Source: an uncultured delta proteobacterium (lineage in GTDB: Bacteria; Desulfobacterota; Desulfobacteria; Desulfobacterales; B30-G6). Taken from it: 64,000 nt of DNA. Shown here one piece after another: positions 1-10,345 of the stretch; the first letter of the stretch is position 1; every line of letters starts with the position of its first letter. Under the pieces are notes generated by a model. The model saw only the letters and a list, made by a program, of their open reading frames with translations. It searched no databases and was not told the origin of the DNA. The position numbers were made by a program, and so were the translations under genes. The stretch is taken from contig CAWGLD010000004.1 of assembly GCA_963823335.1 (NCBI GenBank), forward strand, positions 320,001 through 384,000. The letters are read 5' to 3'.

Positions 1-591
1 TTCTTTCGATTTTTCGGTAGACAAGCCAATGACATAAAAATGTCCGAGAATCAGTTCTTTTGGCTGCTGCTGGAAAGCCAGAAGCTCTCCAAACAAGGAG
101 AGGCTTTCAATGACGCCATCCTGATATGCATTTTTCAGTGCGGCAGTCCCCTCTTCAGCAATGGCAATCAGATCCGTCTTTTTATAGCTGAGATCCAGAA
201 GATCAATACATTCTTTCTGGATCGTTTGCAGTGTTTCGAGCCCTTTTTTCTCAATCACGTCTGTATCGTTGAGTATTTTGACAGCATTGCGAATGCTGAT
301 CATCTCCTTGACGGTGGGGCTTCTCCTCATAGCGACATCCGCTAATGTCGTTAAATACATGGGCAAATCATTTCCCAGAACAATGATACGGTATTTTTCC
401 CCATCGCTCTTTTGGACATATAAATCCAGGTCACGTTCCTTATGATGGATGTAAGGGCTCATACCAAGAAGCTCGCGCACGGCGTTGATATCCGTTCTTT
501 TGCCACTATCGACAGATCCCATGGAAGTGAGAATTTTTTGCCCAAGAAGCTTGATCCTGATTTTTTTTAAAAGATTCTCTTTAAAGGACAT
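1..591 (-). CDS. Hypothetical protein, partial (runs off the left edge)
   Basis: ATG at 591 (minus) opens MSFKENLLKKIRIKLLGQKILTSMGS..., with no stop seen before position 1. It is absent from the ORF track, presumably because it has no stop in the window. Confidence 0.7.
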   Translation of the reverse strand, partial: MSFKENLLKKIRIKLLGQKILTSMGSVDSGKRTDINAVRELLGMSPYIHHKERDLDLYVQKSDGEKYRIIVLGNDLPMYLTTLADVAMRRSPTVKEMISIRNAVKILNDTDVIEKKGLETLQTIQKECIDLLDLSYKKTDLIAIAEEGTAALKNAYQDGVIESLSLFGELLAFQQQPKELILGHFYVIGLSTEKSKE

Positions 592-755
592 GATAGCCCC
601 CAAAACAACGGTGTATAGTTCAGATCTGTGCGTTAAACACTATTACCTTATTACCATAGATTAAGATGATGTCTTTTTCAATCACCTTCTTGACCAAACA
701 TACAAAGTGACGTATATAAAATGGTTCAAATTTTTACGAAAGGACAGCAAGAACC

Positions 756-2036
756 ATGCCTGAATATGCCGAATTAAATTACAATGGGAAACAGTACAAG
801 CTTCCAGTCGTAACCGGAACAGAGGGAGAAAAAGCCATCGACATCTCCAGACTGCGTCAAGACACCGGTTTTATAACCCTTGATGTCGGATACGGCAACA
901 CAGGAAGTTGCAGAAGTTCCATTACCTTCATGGATGGTGAAAAGGGCATTCTTAGATATCGGGGTATCCCTGTAGAACAACTGGCTGAGCATGCCACATT
1001 CAAAGAAACCGCATATTTGTTGATACATGGCCGTCTTCCCACCTGGAAAGAACACCGGCAGTTTTCAGTCCTTTTGAATGATCATTCTCTTGTCCATGAA
1101 GATATGCGTTCTTTTTACCAGCATTATCCAAGAGGCTCGCATCCCATGGGAATTCTCTCCGCCATGCTCAATGCCTTAAAAAGCTTCTACCCGGAACTGG
1201 AAATTCTGGAAGAGGAAATTGATATCACCGTGCCCCGTCTCCTGGCCAAGGTCCGCACGCTGGCAGCCATGTCATACAAGATATCCCGAGGCCATCGTGT
1301 TGTTTACCCTCGCCCGGACCTTGCTTACTGTGAAAATTTCTTAAACATGATGTTCGACAGCCCTGTCCGGCCGTACAAAATCCATCCGGATGTCGTCAAG
1401 GCTTTACGGGTCTTCTGGATTCTACATGCCGACCATGAGCAGAACTGCTCCACTTCCGCCGTCAGGATTGTGGGCAGCGGACGTGTCAATCTGTATGCTG
1501 CCATCTCTGCGGGTATTGCCGCCCTCTGGGGCCCACTGCATGGCGGGGCAAATCAGGCAGTGGTCGAAATGCTTGCAGATATCCAAACCAAGGGGAGCAG
1601 TATGCAGCGGGTCATCGAACGTGCCAAGGATAAAAATGATCCCTACCGGCTCATGGGCTTCGGTCACAGGGTCTACAAAACCTACGACCCCCGGGCAAAG
1701 ATCATGAAAAGAATCTGCGATACACTTCTGTCAAAGCTGACCCTCCAGGACCCTCTGCTGGAGATCGCAAAAAAACTGGAAGAGGTCGCTTTAGAAGATA
1801 GCTACTTTATCGAACACAATCTCTACCCCAATGTGGATTTTTACAGCGGGATTGTCCTGCGTGCCATCGGTATTCCAACCAACATGTTCCCGGTGATGTT
1901 TGCCATTGGAAGATTACCAGGCTGGATTGCACAGTGGCTGGAGAGTATGAACGACCCCAACTGGAAGCTGTGCCGCCCCCGGCAGATCTATCTGGGCCCT
2001 GGAAAAAACGATTATGTCCCCTTTGAAAAGCGATAA
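756..2036 (+). CDS. gltA: Citrate synthase
   Basis: LHADHEQNCST, GPLHGGAN, LMGFGHRVYK and YPNVDFYSG motifs. Confidence 0.97.
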   Translation: MPEYAELNYNGKQYKLPVVTGTEGEKAIDISRLRQDTGFITLDVGYGNTGSCRSSITFMDGEKGILRYRGIPVEQLAEHATFKETAYLLIHGRLPTWKEHRQFSVLLNDHSLVHEDMRSFYQHYPRGSHPMGILSAMLNALKSFYPELEILEEEIDITVPRLLAKVRTLAAMSYKISRGHRVVYPRPDLAYCENFLNMMFDSPVRPYKIHPDVVKALRVFWILHADHEQNCSTSAVRIVGSGRVNLYAAISAGIAALWGPLHGGANQAVVEMLADIQTKGSSMQRVIERAKDKNDPYRLMGFGHRVYKTYDPRAKIMKRICDTLLSKLTLQDPLLEIAKKLEEVALEDSYFIEHNLYPNVDFYSGIVLRAIGIPTNMFPVMFAIGRLPGWIAQWLESMNDPNWKLCRPRQIYLGPGKNDYVPFEKR

Positions 2037-2071
2037 AAAAAAGCCCTGCAGAAATCTGCAGGGCTTTTTTT
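2035..2071. terminator. Bidirectional intrinsic terminator after gltA
   Basis: A-run, gccctgcaga-aa-tctgcagggc stem, T-run, lying between convergent genes. Confidence 0.85.
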
Positions 2072-2113
2072 GCTGTAGATAGCTATTCACATACAGCACG
2101 GCGAAGCCTCTCC

Positions 2114-2155
2114 AATAAAAAGTGTTCCGGAGGCTAGGCCGGAACACTTTTTATT
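2114..2155 (-). terminator. Intrinsic terminator for upp
   Basis: aataaaaagtgttccgg...ccggaacactttttatt hairpin overlapping the upp stop. Confidence 0.7.
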
Positions 2156-2777
2156 TGGTGCCAAATATTTTATCGCCCGCATCTCCAAGCCCGGGAAGAA
2201 TGTATCCGATCTCATTCAATTTCTCGTCAACCGCTGCCACATAAACATCGGCATCAGGATGTTCTCTCTCTACCCTGGCAATGCCTTCGGGAGCAGCCAC
2301 AATAAAAATACCTCTAATTTTCTCACAACCGGCCTCCTTCAAAAAATCGATTGTGGCACATAAGGTGCCGCCGGTTGCAAGCATGGGGTCCAATATCAAG
2401 GCAATCCGCTCCTCCATCTGGCTTGTTGTTTTGATATAGTATTTTACCGGTTCCAGCGTTTCTTCGTTCCGATATAGACCCACCACACTCACCTTTGCCG
2501 ATGGAATCAGGTTCAATACACCGTTCATCATGCCGAGGCCTGCCCGTAAAATTGGGACAACTGTAATTTTTTTGCCCTTTATGCGCTCAACTTCGACATT
2601 CCCGGCCCAGCCCTGAATTGTTCTTTTTTCCGTTTCCAGGTCTTTGGTCGCTTCATATGTCAGTAAGCTTGCAAGTTCGGAGGCCAGGTCACGAAAATCT
2701 TTAACCGTTACATCATGTTTTCGCATGAATCCCAGCTTGTGTTTGATCAAGGGATGGTTAACAATATGTATTGTCAC
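2151..2777 (-). CDS. upp: Uracil phosphoribosyltransferase
   Basis: [20 protein letters not shown] and [17 protein letters not shown] motifs; GTG start with an aggag RBS. Confidence 0.98.
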   Translation of the reverse strand: MTIHIVNHPLIKHKLGFMRKHDVTVKDFRDLASELASLLTYEATKDLETEKRTIQGWAGNVEVERIKGKKITVVPILRAGLGMMNGVLNLIPSAKVSVVGLYRNEETLEPVKYYIKTTSQMEERIALILDPMLATGGTLCATIDFLKEAGCEKIRGIFIVAAPEGIARVEREHPDADVYVAAVDEKLNEIGYILPGLGDAGDKIFGTK

Positions 2778-2802
2778 ATTAACTCCTTCTTAGAAACAGC
2801 TA

Positions 2803-2836
2803 TTGAAGAACCTCGCAGCATGCTACGAGGGTTCAA
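2803..2836. repeat. Short copy of the palindromic (PATE/REP-like) CCTCGCAGCAAGCTACGGGG family
   Basis: ttgaagaacctcgcagcatgctacgagggttcaa matches the copies at 7521, 21958, 29197, 35667 and 50945. Confidence 0.7.
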
Positions 2837-2863
2837 ATAAAAATCGTTACCCTGAAGACTGGG

Positions 2864-3166
2864 CTAGAATTCTCCCAATGGTCGTGTAAAGGTGAACTTT
2901 GCCGGAGCCACCACCAGCTTTTCTCCGGCCTGCTTTACATTTTTTCCCAATGCAGAAAATGGTAACGATATGACGAACAGACCCACACCCACAACTATGG
3001 CAACGAGACCCAGTGGTCGAACAAGAATCGCGTCCGCTACCATGTTTTCGGTACTGATCTCTTCCTTCTGAATCCCCGCCTGCGCAAATGAACTCGAGGC
3101 GAATGCGGTGGTTACAAAGACAACCACCAGTAACATGACAAAGGTTTTTTTTGCAATTGTTCGCAT
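2864..3166 (-). CDS. Small exported/membrane hypothetical protein
   Basis: aggagg RBS, signal peptide, hydrophobic segment, C-terminal FTRPLGEF. Confidence 0.8.
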   Translation of the reverse strand: MRTIAKKTFVMLLVVVFVTTAFASSSFAQAGIQKEEISTENMVADAILVRPLGLVAIVVGVGLFVISLPFSALGKNVKQAGEKLVVAPAKFTFTRPLGEF

Positions 3167-3487
3167 GTATGCCTCCTTGTAAAAGAGTTTGCCGACTCTT
3201 TCTTTCTGTCAATGAAAAGTTTGTTCCACGTCTGTTTGAACTTCTTGAATCCGCAACGGTGAATAAATTCGTAAAAAGTTTTTGCCTTAATCATCTGAAA
3301 TCGGGTATAAATACACTATCAGACTTTGCCGGTTTTTTCAACCAAAGAACCGCATGGTTGTCATTTCATGTCCCACACCTCCTGAAATGAAAATTGGATC
3401 GGCATTTTTGTTTGGCCTGCAATTGTGGCATCTCGATATTGGCATCGTCGTTCAGCAGGATAATCGCCGACTATTGTATGTTTTTTA

Positions 3488-5938
3488 ATGACGCCTATGA
3501 GTAAAGAAATAAACACAATCGAAGTCGCCGTGGCTTTGCCAGTCCAGGGAACATATTCGTATGCCGTTCCTGATAACCTCGCAGTCATGATTGCTCCGGG
3601 AAAAAGAATCATCGTTCCGTTTGGCCGCCGTCGGATTACCGGATATGTTCTGGGGACACCACACGAAGTCTGTGATCTCAGCCTGAAAAAAGTTCTGGAC
3701 GTACTGGATGACCATCCGCTTTTTCCAGAGTCCATGGTTCCCTTTTTCAAATGGATTTCGGAATACTACATGTATCCCATCGGACAGGTCATTATGAATG
3801 CGTTACCGGGTGGATTGACCACTGCTGAGCAGAACGTTTTTACCATCACTCAGCAGGGATGCCGCTTTCTCGAACAGGGCATTATGACCATTACGGAAGA
3901 AAAAATTCTCAACACCTTGAAAACCGAATCCCTGAATTTGAAGGCGCTTGAAAAGAAAATCCGCCGACCCCTGCCAACAGCCATAGCTCTTGCCATGCTG
4001 GACAGGGGATGGATTTGCCAGAGAAAGAAGCTCAAGAAAGGCCAAACACAATCGAAAATAGAAAAATTTGTATCCCTGAGCAATAATAATCGTGACGAAA
4101 CAAAACTATCTGAAACGCGAAAAAAAATAATCGGCTACCTTAAAAATGAGCATGAAGTCTCATTGAAAGAACTCAAGAAAATCGTACCGACGGCGCCCCA
4201 GATCATAAAAGCCATGGCATCCTCCGGGCAGGTCAGGCTGGACCTGAAGCAGGTCTATCGTGACCCGTTCGGGGAACCTGTAAAGAGAGAAACACCGCCA
4301 GTCTTGACCCTTGAACAGAAACAGATCGTTTCACAAGTTCAAGAAGCCATGGGAAAAACATTTGCCCCATTTCTTCTTGTGGGTGTCACCGGTAGCGGCA
4401 AAACAGAGATCTATCTCCAGCTTGCGCTGGAAACCCTCAACAAAGGCCGTTCCGTCATCATCCTGGTTCCCGAAATTGCCCTTATTTCTCAAATGGAAAG
4501 ACGTTTTCGTTCGCGGTTCGGCGATCAGATAGCAATTCTTCATAGCGGACTGTCCCCTGGAGAACGATACGACCAGTGGTTGAAGCTTGCCAGAGGTGAG
4601 ATCACTATCGCCATAGGTGCACGCTCTGCCATATTCGCACCCGTCAAAAATATCGGTCTTATCGTCGTTGATGAAGAGCATGATGCTTCCTACAAACAGG
4701 AAACAAAATTATGTTACAATGCCAGAGATATCGCCATTGTCAGGGCAAAACAGCATAACGCAGTGGCGCTTCTTGGGTCGGCAACCCCTTCCATCCAATC
4801 TTATCACAATGCAATGAACGGAAAATATACTCAGGTCTCCCTCACCGAGCGTGTCATGAACCGCCAGCTTCCTGACATCACCGTTGTCGATTTGTGCGCC
4901 ATGAGAAACCAGCGTGGGTACCGACGTTACTTTTCGAAAGAACTCCTTCTGGGTCTGGGGAACACCCTGAATCGCAATGAGCAGGCCATTTTATTTCTCA
5001 ACCGCCGGGGATTTGCAAGTCTACCGATATGTGGCGCCTGCGGGAAGCCCCTGCAATGCAAAAATTGCGATATCTCCCTGACATATCACCAGCAATCCAA
5101 TGCCTATCGTTGCCACTACTGCGGTTTCTCCACGGCAGGCGGTACAAGTTGTCCTTCCTGCGGTATCGCCGACATCCGCCATTTAGGATTTGGCACCGAA
5201 AAGATCGAAGCAATCGTCAAGGAACTCTTCCCGGATAAAAATATCGCCAGAATGGACCGGGACACCGTCGCTCATAAAGGGTCTGTCCTTAGAATTCTCA
5301 AGGGCTTGAACGACGGTACCATCGATGTCCTCATCGGCACACAAATGGTAGCCAAAGGCCACGATTACCCGAATATCACACTTGTAGGGATTATCTGTGC
5401 CGACCTTTCACTCAGTTTTCCGGATTTCAGGGCTGGTGAACAAACCTTTCAACTCCTCGCTCAGGTGAGCGGGCGCGCCGGTAGAGGGGAGATACCCGGA
5501 AGTGTAATACTCCAGACTTACAACCCGGAACATTTCAGTATTCTATGTGCCAAGCAACAGGATGTGCAACAGTTCTACGACCAGGAAATCACCTTTCGAA
5601 AAGCCCTGAATTATCCACCGTTTTCTCGAATGATTCAGATCATCCTTTCCGGTCACGACAAGACCCGGGTCCATCAACACGCACAGGCCCTTGGAACAGC
5701 CTGTAACACACTATTCAGAAAAAACAAAAAATTCAGGGAAACCATCGTGATGATGGGTCCCATAGAAGCCCCCTATGCCAAAATAGCCTCCAGATACCGA
5801 TGGCAGATTCTGTTCAAAGGCAATCAGACCGGCTTGCTTCATCAGTATGTCCGCGAGCTGATATTCCTGAATCCTCCCCTGTTGAACAAACAGCATGTCA
5901 AGATCACCATCGATATAGATCCTGTTTTCATGATGTAA
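3488..5938 (+). CDS. priA: Primosomal protein N' (replication restart helicase)
   Basis: GVTGSGKTEIY, VDEEHD, SATPS, two Cys4 zinc-knuckle pairs, GTQMVAKGHD, QVSGRAGR. Confidence 0.97.
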   Translation: MTPMSKEINTIEVAVALPVQGTYSYAVPDNLAVMIAPGKRIIVPFGRRRITGYVLGTPHEVCDLSLKKVLDVLDDHPLFPESMVPFFKWISEYYMYPIGQVIMNALPGGLTTAEQNVFTITQQGCRFLEQGIMTITEEKILNTLKTESLNLKALEKKIRRPLPTAIALAMLDRGWICQRKKLKKGQTQSKIEKFVSLSNNNRDETKLSETRKKIIGYLKNEHEVSLKELKKIVPTAPQIIKAMASSGQVRLDLKQVYRDPFGEPVKRETPPVLTLEQKQIVSQVQEAMGKTFAPFLLVGVTGSGKTEIYLQLALETLNKGRSVIILVPEIALISQMERRFRSRFGDQIAILHSGLSPGERYDQWLKLARGEITIAIGARSAIFAPVKNIGLIVVDEEHDASYKQETKLCYNARDIAIVRAKQHNAVALLGSATPSIQSYHNAMNGKYTQVSLTERVMNRQLPDITVVDLCAMRNQRGYRRYFSKELLLGLGNTLNRNEQAILFLNRRGFASLPICGACGKPLQCKNCDISLTYHQQSNAYRCHYCGFSTAGGTSCPSCGIADIRHLGFGTEKIEAIVKELFPDKNIARMDRDTVAHKGSVLRILKGLNDGTIDVLIGTQMVAKGHDYPNITLVGIICADLSLSFPDFRAGEQTFQLLAQVSGRAGRGEIPGSVILQTYNPEHFSILCAKQQDVQQFYDQEITFRKALNYPPFSRMIQIILSGHDKTRVHQHAQALGTACNTLFRKNKKFRETIVMMGPIEAPYAKIASRYRWQILFKGNQTGLLHQYVRELIFLNPPLLNKQHVKITIDIDPVFMM

Positions 5939-6068
5939 ATCAGCGACCACCGACACAAGCTGTGATCGCTGATTATCTTGACATTCTGCAGGATGCCGAT
6001 TAGCATTATGCCTTCCTGTAAACAACACCTATCAAGATTATTTATGACAGCCTTTAGGAGATCGAAAC

Positions 6069-6773
6069 ATGAAATATTTATGTGCCTGGATGATTCTTTT
6101 TGTATTGATCCCTTTTTCCGTGTTCGGCCAAAGCACCACCGACTCCGGGGCGCCTTCTCTGCAAGTACCCGAGCCTTCATATCAGTTTGAACCAGTGGTA
6201 AGTGGTCAGGACGTCAACCACGACTATATTGTGTACAACAAGGGGACTGCCGAGCTCATCATTACCAGCGTCAAAACCGGCTGAGGATGCACGGCAACCT
6301 CTTTTACGAGGCAAATCCCTCCCGGTGGAGAGGGAAAAATCACATTGAAACTGGGAACCGGCGGTTACAACGGGAAACATGTAAATAAAACCGCCATCAT
6401 TCATTCCAACGATCCGCTAAATCCAAGTTTCACGCTGACCATCTCCGGTCAGGTTGAGAAATTTGTGGATCTGGAACCAAAATATGTCCGTCTGACCGGG
6501 TATTCAGGGGCACCCATTTCTGTACCGGTATCGATCACACCCACAGCCAAATACCCTTTTAAGATTATCGATGTGACCGCAAGAGGCGGCAACTTGATCA
6601 AGTACACGCTTACAGAGAGAAAATCCGATCAAGTGAGCACATACACACTTCTCATTGAGAATCTTAAAACGGACAAGGGCCGCTACACGGATCTTCTTAC
6701 CTTGACAACGGACAGTCAGATCCAGCCAAGTATCACCATCCGGGTATACGGAAATATTTTGGAATCTGAATAA
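6069..6773 (+). CDS. Exported DUF1573-domain (Ig-like) protein with in-frame TGA at 6282-6284, probable selenocysteine (UGC motif)
   Basis: ORFs 6069..6284 and 6345..6773 share a frame. Read-through gives ...ELIITSVKTG-[TGA]-GCTATSFTRQIPPGGEGKITL...HSNDP, the DUF1573 'xCGCT...IxPG' signature. N-terminal signal peptide. Confidence 0.85.
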
Positions 6774-6846
6774 AATACAGTTGATCCAATTTAAGAGGGT
6801 AAGAATTTCTGTACACCTTGAACCCTTTTTTCTGGCAGGAGTACCT

Positions 6847-7464
6847 ATGTCAAACTACAAAGTGATCGCTTTTGACTGCGACGGTGTGCTTTTTGACACC
6901 GCAGAATCCAACAGGGCTTACTACAACGCCATTCGCAACCAGCTGGACATGCCGGACATGACGGAAGACGAGTTTTATTTTGCCCACATGCATACCGTAA
7001 AGGAGACACTGGCGTACTTGTTCAAAGATCCCGGGGCACTCCAAAAGGCTGAGGCCGTAAAAGCGCAACTGAATTATACGCCGTTTGTAGCAGCCATGAA
7101 GATGGAACCGGCGCTGATACCACTCCTGAAAAAAATACGCCCAGCCTACAAAACAGCCGTTGCCACCAATCGCTCGGATTCAATGCCGACACTTCTCAGG
7201 GAACATGACATTGCACCGTATTTTGATCTTATCGTATCGGCCAGTGATGTTGCCCGGCCAAAGCCACATCCGGACCAGCTCCTGAGGCTTCTCGATTATT
7301 TTAAAGTCTCACCCCATGAGATGCTCTATGTGGGCGACTCCAAAGTTGATGAAGCCGCTGCAAATTCCGCCCAGGTCCCTCTGGCAGCATACGACAACAG
7401 ATCCCTGTCCGCCGAATATCACATCCGCTCCCTCAAGGAAATCGAGGACATACTGGGGCTTTAA
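6847..7464 (+). CDS. HAD-superfamily hydrolase (phosphoglycolate phosphatase-like)
   Basis: FDCDGVLFD, TN, KPHPD and YVGDS motifs; ggag RBS before ATG 6847. Confidence 0.9.
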   Translation: MSNYKVIAFDCDGVLFDTAESNRAYYNAIRNQLDMPDMTEDEFYFAHMHTVKETLAYLFKDPGALQKAEAVKAQLNYTPFVAAMKMEPALIPLLKKIRPAYKTAVATNRSDSMPTLLREHDIAPYFDLIVSASDVARPKPHPDQLLRLLDYFKVSPHEMLYVGDSKVDEAAANSAQVPLAAYDNRSLSAEYHIRSLKEIEDILGL

Positions 7465-7520
7465 CAGGTTCCAAAGGACAAACAATAACCCGCTGTCCGA
7501 AAACGAATGAACATCGAATG

Positions 7521-7603
7521 TTGAACTGCAACAGCGAGCGCATTCCCCATAGGTTCTGCCGTACGGCAGTGCATTCCTCTTAGCTTGCTGCGAGGTTCTT
7601 CAA
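7521..7603 (+). repeat. Palindromic PATE/REP-like element
   Basis: ttgaac...gcgagcgcattcccc...tagcttgctgcgaggttcttcaa. Confidence 0.75.
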
Positions 7604-7700
7604 ATTGAAATATCAAGAAACATCCGTCAGTATAGATTCGGGCAAGATCAATTCTCTGAAAGATCTGGGAGTTTTCAACCGTTTGGAGCGGGAGTGGTAA

Positions 7701-9110
7701 TCAGAGCCAGTGGCGAATCGCATTGGCATAATAGGAGAGCAGGTTCATGTCTTCGGATGTGGCTTTGAACCGATCGTCAATCGATTTGATCATGCGCCGC
7801 AACAGCATCAAATCCATTGCATCTGCGATGGCATGCACCCGGGTACTCCGAGGCGACTCAAAAATAGGGGCGCCCTTGTCCTTCAGCCTGTCTATGAGTT
7901 GAAAACTCCGTTGCTCCACTTCGAGGAGGTCCATCTCGATGTCCATATTTTCCACAAAAACAGTCGACACCAGAGATATGGGCAGGATCGGAATGACATC
8001 CGCAACGGTCTGCATGAGTCGGCGACACAGTTTTTCGATTTCAGGAAACCGCCGGGAGCGGTCCAGCCTCTTGAAATCGACATCCTCGTCCCGGCAGTAT
8101 GCTTTGATGGACAGAGGGGTCCCAAAATTGACGCAGGCATATCCATACCGTCGCCAGCGGCTGAGAATCATCAGCAGCAGACTGCGTAGAATAAAGGTGC
8201 CCGTCGTCCAACAGACAAACCACCAGCTTCTTTTTTCAGCCCCCGGCCTCAGTGCACGTATAAGGCTCCGGTCTTCAATGGTTCTGTCATAATTGATTCC
8301 AACGGGGATAAAAATAATATCCCGATCGGTGGACAGGTCAAATTGACGCAGCATATAATCTACCAGGCCGAGCTTGGGATTCTGGAGGCTCCCGTCTCGG
8401 CTCAGGCCACCCTCCAGAAAAACAGCCTGGCAGACCCCTTCACGGGTGGCCATGTGGATATAGCGTTCCAGCACACAACGGTACAAGGGGTTCCCTGAAT
8501 TCCGGCGCACAAAAAAAGCGCCCATGGCCCGGATCAGCATTTGCAACGGCCAAATCTTGGCCCATTCACCCACGGCATAAGACAGTGTGGTTCGCTCGGC
8601 AGCCAGGAAGGCCACCAGGACATAATCCATATTGGAACGGTGATTCATGACGAATACCACCGTAGAGTTCGGATCAATGGATGCATAGTGTTGTTCTTTG
8701 ACCAGGCCGACTCTGACCCGGTACAACACCCGGGCGATTTTTTTGGCAACCCAATAACCGATTCGAAAATAGAGATACGCATTAAACGACGGGACAATCT
8801 CACGGGCGTATGTCATGGCTTTGTTCTGTACGATCTCCATGGGCATATCGTGGTCCCTGGCAAACTCCTTGACAGCCTCCAGTACACTTGGATCATAGGC
8901 AAGACGATCGATGAGAACTTGTCTCTTGGTGAGTTGAAAGGGACGGATTTCAATGTCTAGACGGGTGCCTATTTCATCGATGACACGATTGATACGGCGA
9001 CGCAGGAACCAGCGGGTACTGGGAATCAGAATCCGGTCAAGAATCGCAACGGTGGCAATCAACACCAGTAACAAAAACACCCAGAGAGATATGGTGATCT
9101 GACCGAACAT
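7701..9110 (-). CDS. Glycerol-3-phosphate acyltransferase (PlsB-like)
   Basis: NHRSNMD (HX4D), GAFFVRR and FLEGGLSRDG motifs; gaggt RBS before ATG 9110. Confidence 0.85.
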   Translation of the reverse strand: MFGQITISLWVFLLLVLIATVAILDRILIPSTRWFLRRRINRVIDEIGTRLDIEIRPFQLTKRQVLIDRLAYDPSVLEAVKEFARDHDMPMEIVQNKAMTYAREIVPSFNAYLYFRIGYWVAKKIARVLYRVRVGLVKEQHYASIDPNSTVVFVMNHRSNMDYVLVAFLAAERTTLSYAVGEWAKIWPLQMLIRAMGAFFVRRNSGNPLYRCVLERYIHMATREGVCQAVFLEGGLSRDGSLQNPKLGLVDYMLRQFDLSTDRDIIFIPVGINYDRTIEDRSLIRALRPGAEKRSWWFVCWTTGTFILRSLLLMILSRWRRYGYACVNFGTPLSIKAYCRDEDVDFKRLDRSRRFPEIEKLCRRLMQTVADVIPILPISLVSTVFVENMDIEMDLLEVEQRSFQLIDRLKDKGAPIFESPRSTRVHAIADAMDLMLLRRMIKSIDDRFKATSEDMNLLSYYANAIRHWL

Positions 9111-9135
9111 AGTGACCTCATACCTTAAGCTCAAA

Positions 9136-9408
9136 TCACTGATTACCGAACCCGTTCCACCCTCCACAGTCAGGACACTGCCAGGTAATGTGATTGCAAG
9201 ACATGCCCCACACATTCTCGTTCATGCATGCCTGGCAGATGGCAAAGCCACACCGACAGGTCCAATGGAACGGGGTCGTAGCATCGCAGCATACACAGGG
9301 GACATCCTTTCTTCGACGAGTCCGGGTCCTTTTAACAGGGCGACGTTTTACAGTGTCTGGAACGTTCAGTCTTATTCCTCCTTGTACAAAATCTATCAGC
9401 ACAAACAA
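9136..9408 (-). CDS. Small Cys-rich putative zinc-finger protein (start uncertain)
   Basis: CVCC..CRC..CQAC..C..CPDC pattern. An aggagg RBS inside the N-terminal part suggests a later start. Confidence 0.7.
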   Translation of the reverse strand: MFVLIDFVQGGIRLNVPDTVKRRPVKRTRTRRRKDVPCVCCDATTPFHWTCRCGFAICQACMNENVWGMSCNHITWQCPDCGGWNGFGNQ

Positions 9409-9576
9409 TCCATTCCAGCGCGCTTGCCTTTTTCCCCATACATGCTATACAAAATAAGGGTTCAAGGGGTCGAGGATTCCAGGGTTCAAGAAAAAGCCAG
9501 GATCCGGGATTCTTGAAGACAGAAAAACAGCTGTAAGCCATAAGCTTTAAGCCGCTTATGGCTTACAGCTTAAAGC

Positions 9577-9717
9577 CTCAACTTTCGGGTTTCGTCATAG
9601 ATAGAGCGAAATGAGTGATCCAATGGCGATTTGCGCTGATGTTAGGAACCCTTGCGGCGAGTTCGCAAAGTGCCAGGGGATGATTCATTTCGTGTTCGCC
9701 TAACCCCGAAAGTTGTG
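9577..9717. mobile_element. MITE-like hairpin element
   Basis: Terminal inverted repeats caactttcggg / cccgaaagttg; internal stem cgaaatgag...ttcatttcg. Confidence 0.6.
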
Positions 9718-9766
9718 TTAAAGCTTTTTTCTTCGAACCTTTGCATTGTATTCCAGGAGAACGAAC

Positions 9767-10345
9767 ATGTCAACCACGACCGATACCGGTATTACGCGAG
9801 ACCAGGCCATGGCGCTTCTTGAAACATACCTTCAAAATCCCAGACTCATTTCTCATTGTGTAGCAACCGAAGCCATCATGCGTTCCCTGGCCAGAAAATA
9901 TGCTGAAGATGAAACCGTCTGGAGTCTTTCCGGATTGCTCCACGATCTGGATTACCAGTTAACCGGCGAGGATTCCGCCACCCACGGCATTGAGACGGAG
10001 AAAATTCTTTCCGAAATAAATGTGTTGCCCATAATCCCGGAGACCATCAAAAAGCACAATGCAGAAGGCCTGGGTCTTGAGCGGACAACCCGGTTCGAGT
10101 TTGCCCTGACATGCGCGGAAACCATCACCGGCTTGATCGTCGCCACTGCCCTGGTCTACCCGGACAAGAAGATTGCCAGTGTCAAACCCAAGTCAATTAC
10201 CAAGCGCATGAAAATGAAACATTTTGCCCGGGCAGTGAGCCGTGAGAGAATTATGGAATGTGAAAAAATGGGTATGTCCCTTAACGATTTCGTTGTTCTC
10301 AGCCTGGAAGCCATGCAGGGCATTGCGGATGAGTTGGGGTTGTGA
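9767..10345 (+). CDS. HD-domain metal-dependent phosphohydrolase
   Basis: SHCVATE, GLLHDLDY and KKHN motifs; aggag RBS. Confidence 0.88.
   Translation: MSTTTDTGITRDQAMALLETYLQNPRLISHCVATEAIMRSLARKYAEDETVWSLSGLLHDLDYQLTGEDSATHGIETEKILSEINVLPIIPETIKKHNAEGLGLERTTRFEFALTCAETITGLIVATALVYPDKKIASVKPKSITKRMKMKHFARAVSRERIMECEKMGMSLNDFVVLSLEAMQGIADELGL

Noticed and set aside
40-345. 101-aa + strand ORF
   Set aside because: It is a shadow of the longer minus-strand ORF starting at 591.
6069-6773. Pseudogene or two separate genes
   Set aside because: The single stop is TGA at a conserved Cys position and both halves are intact and in frame. Recoding is more parsimonious, although unproven.
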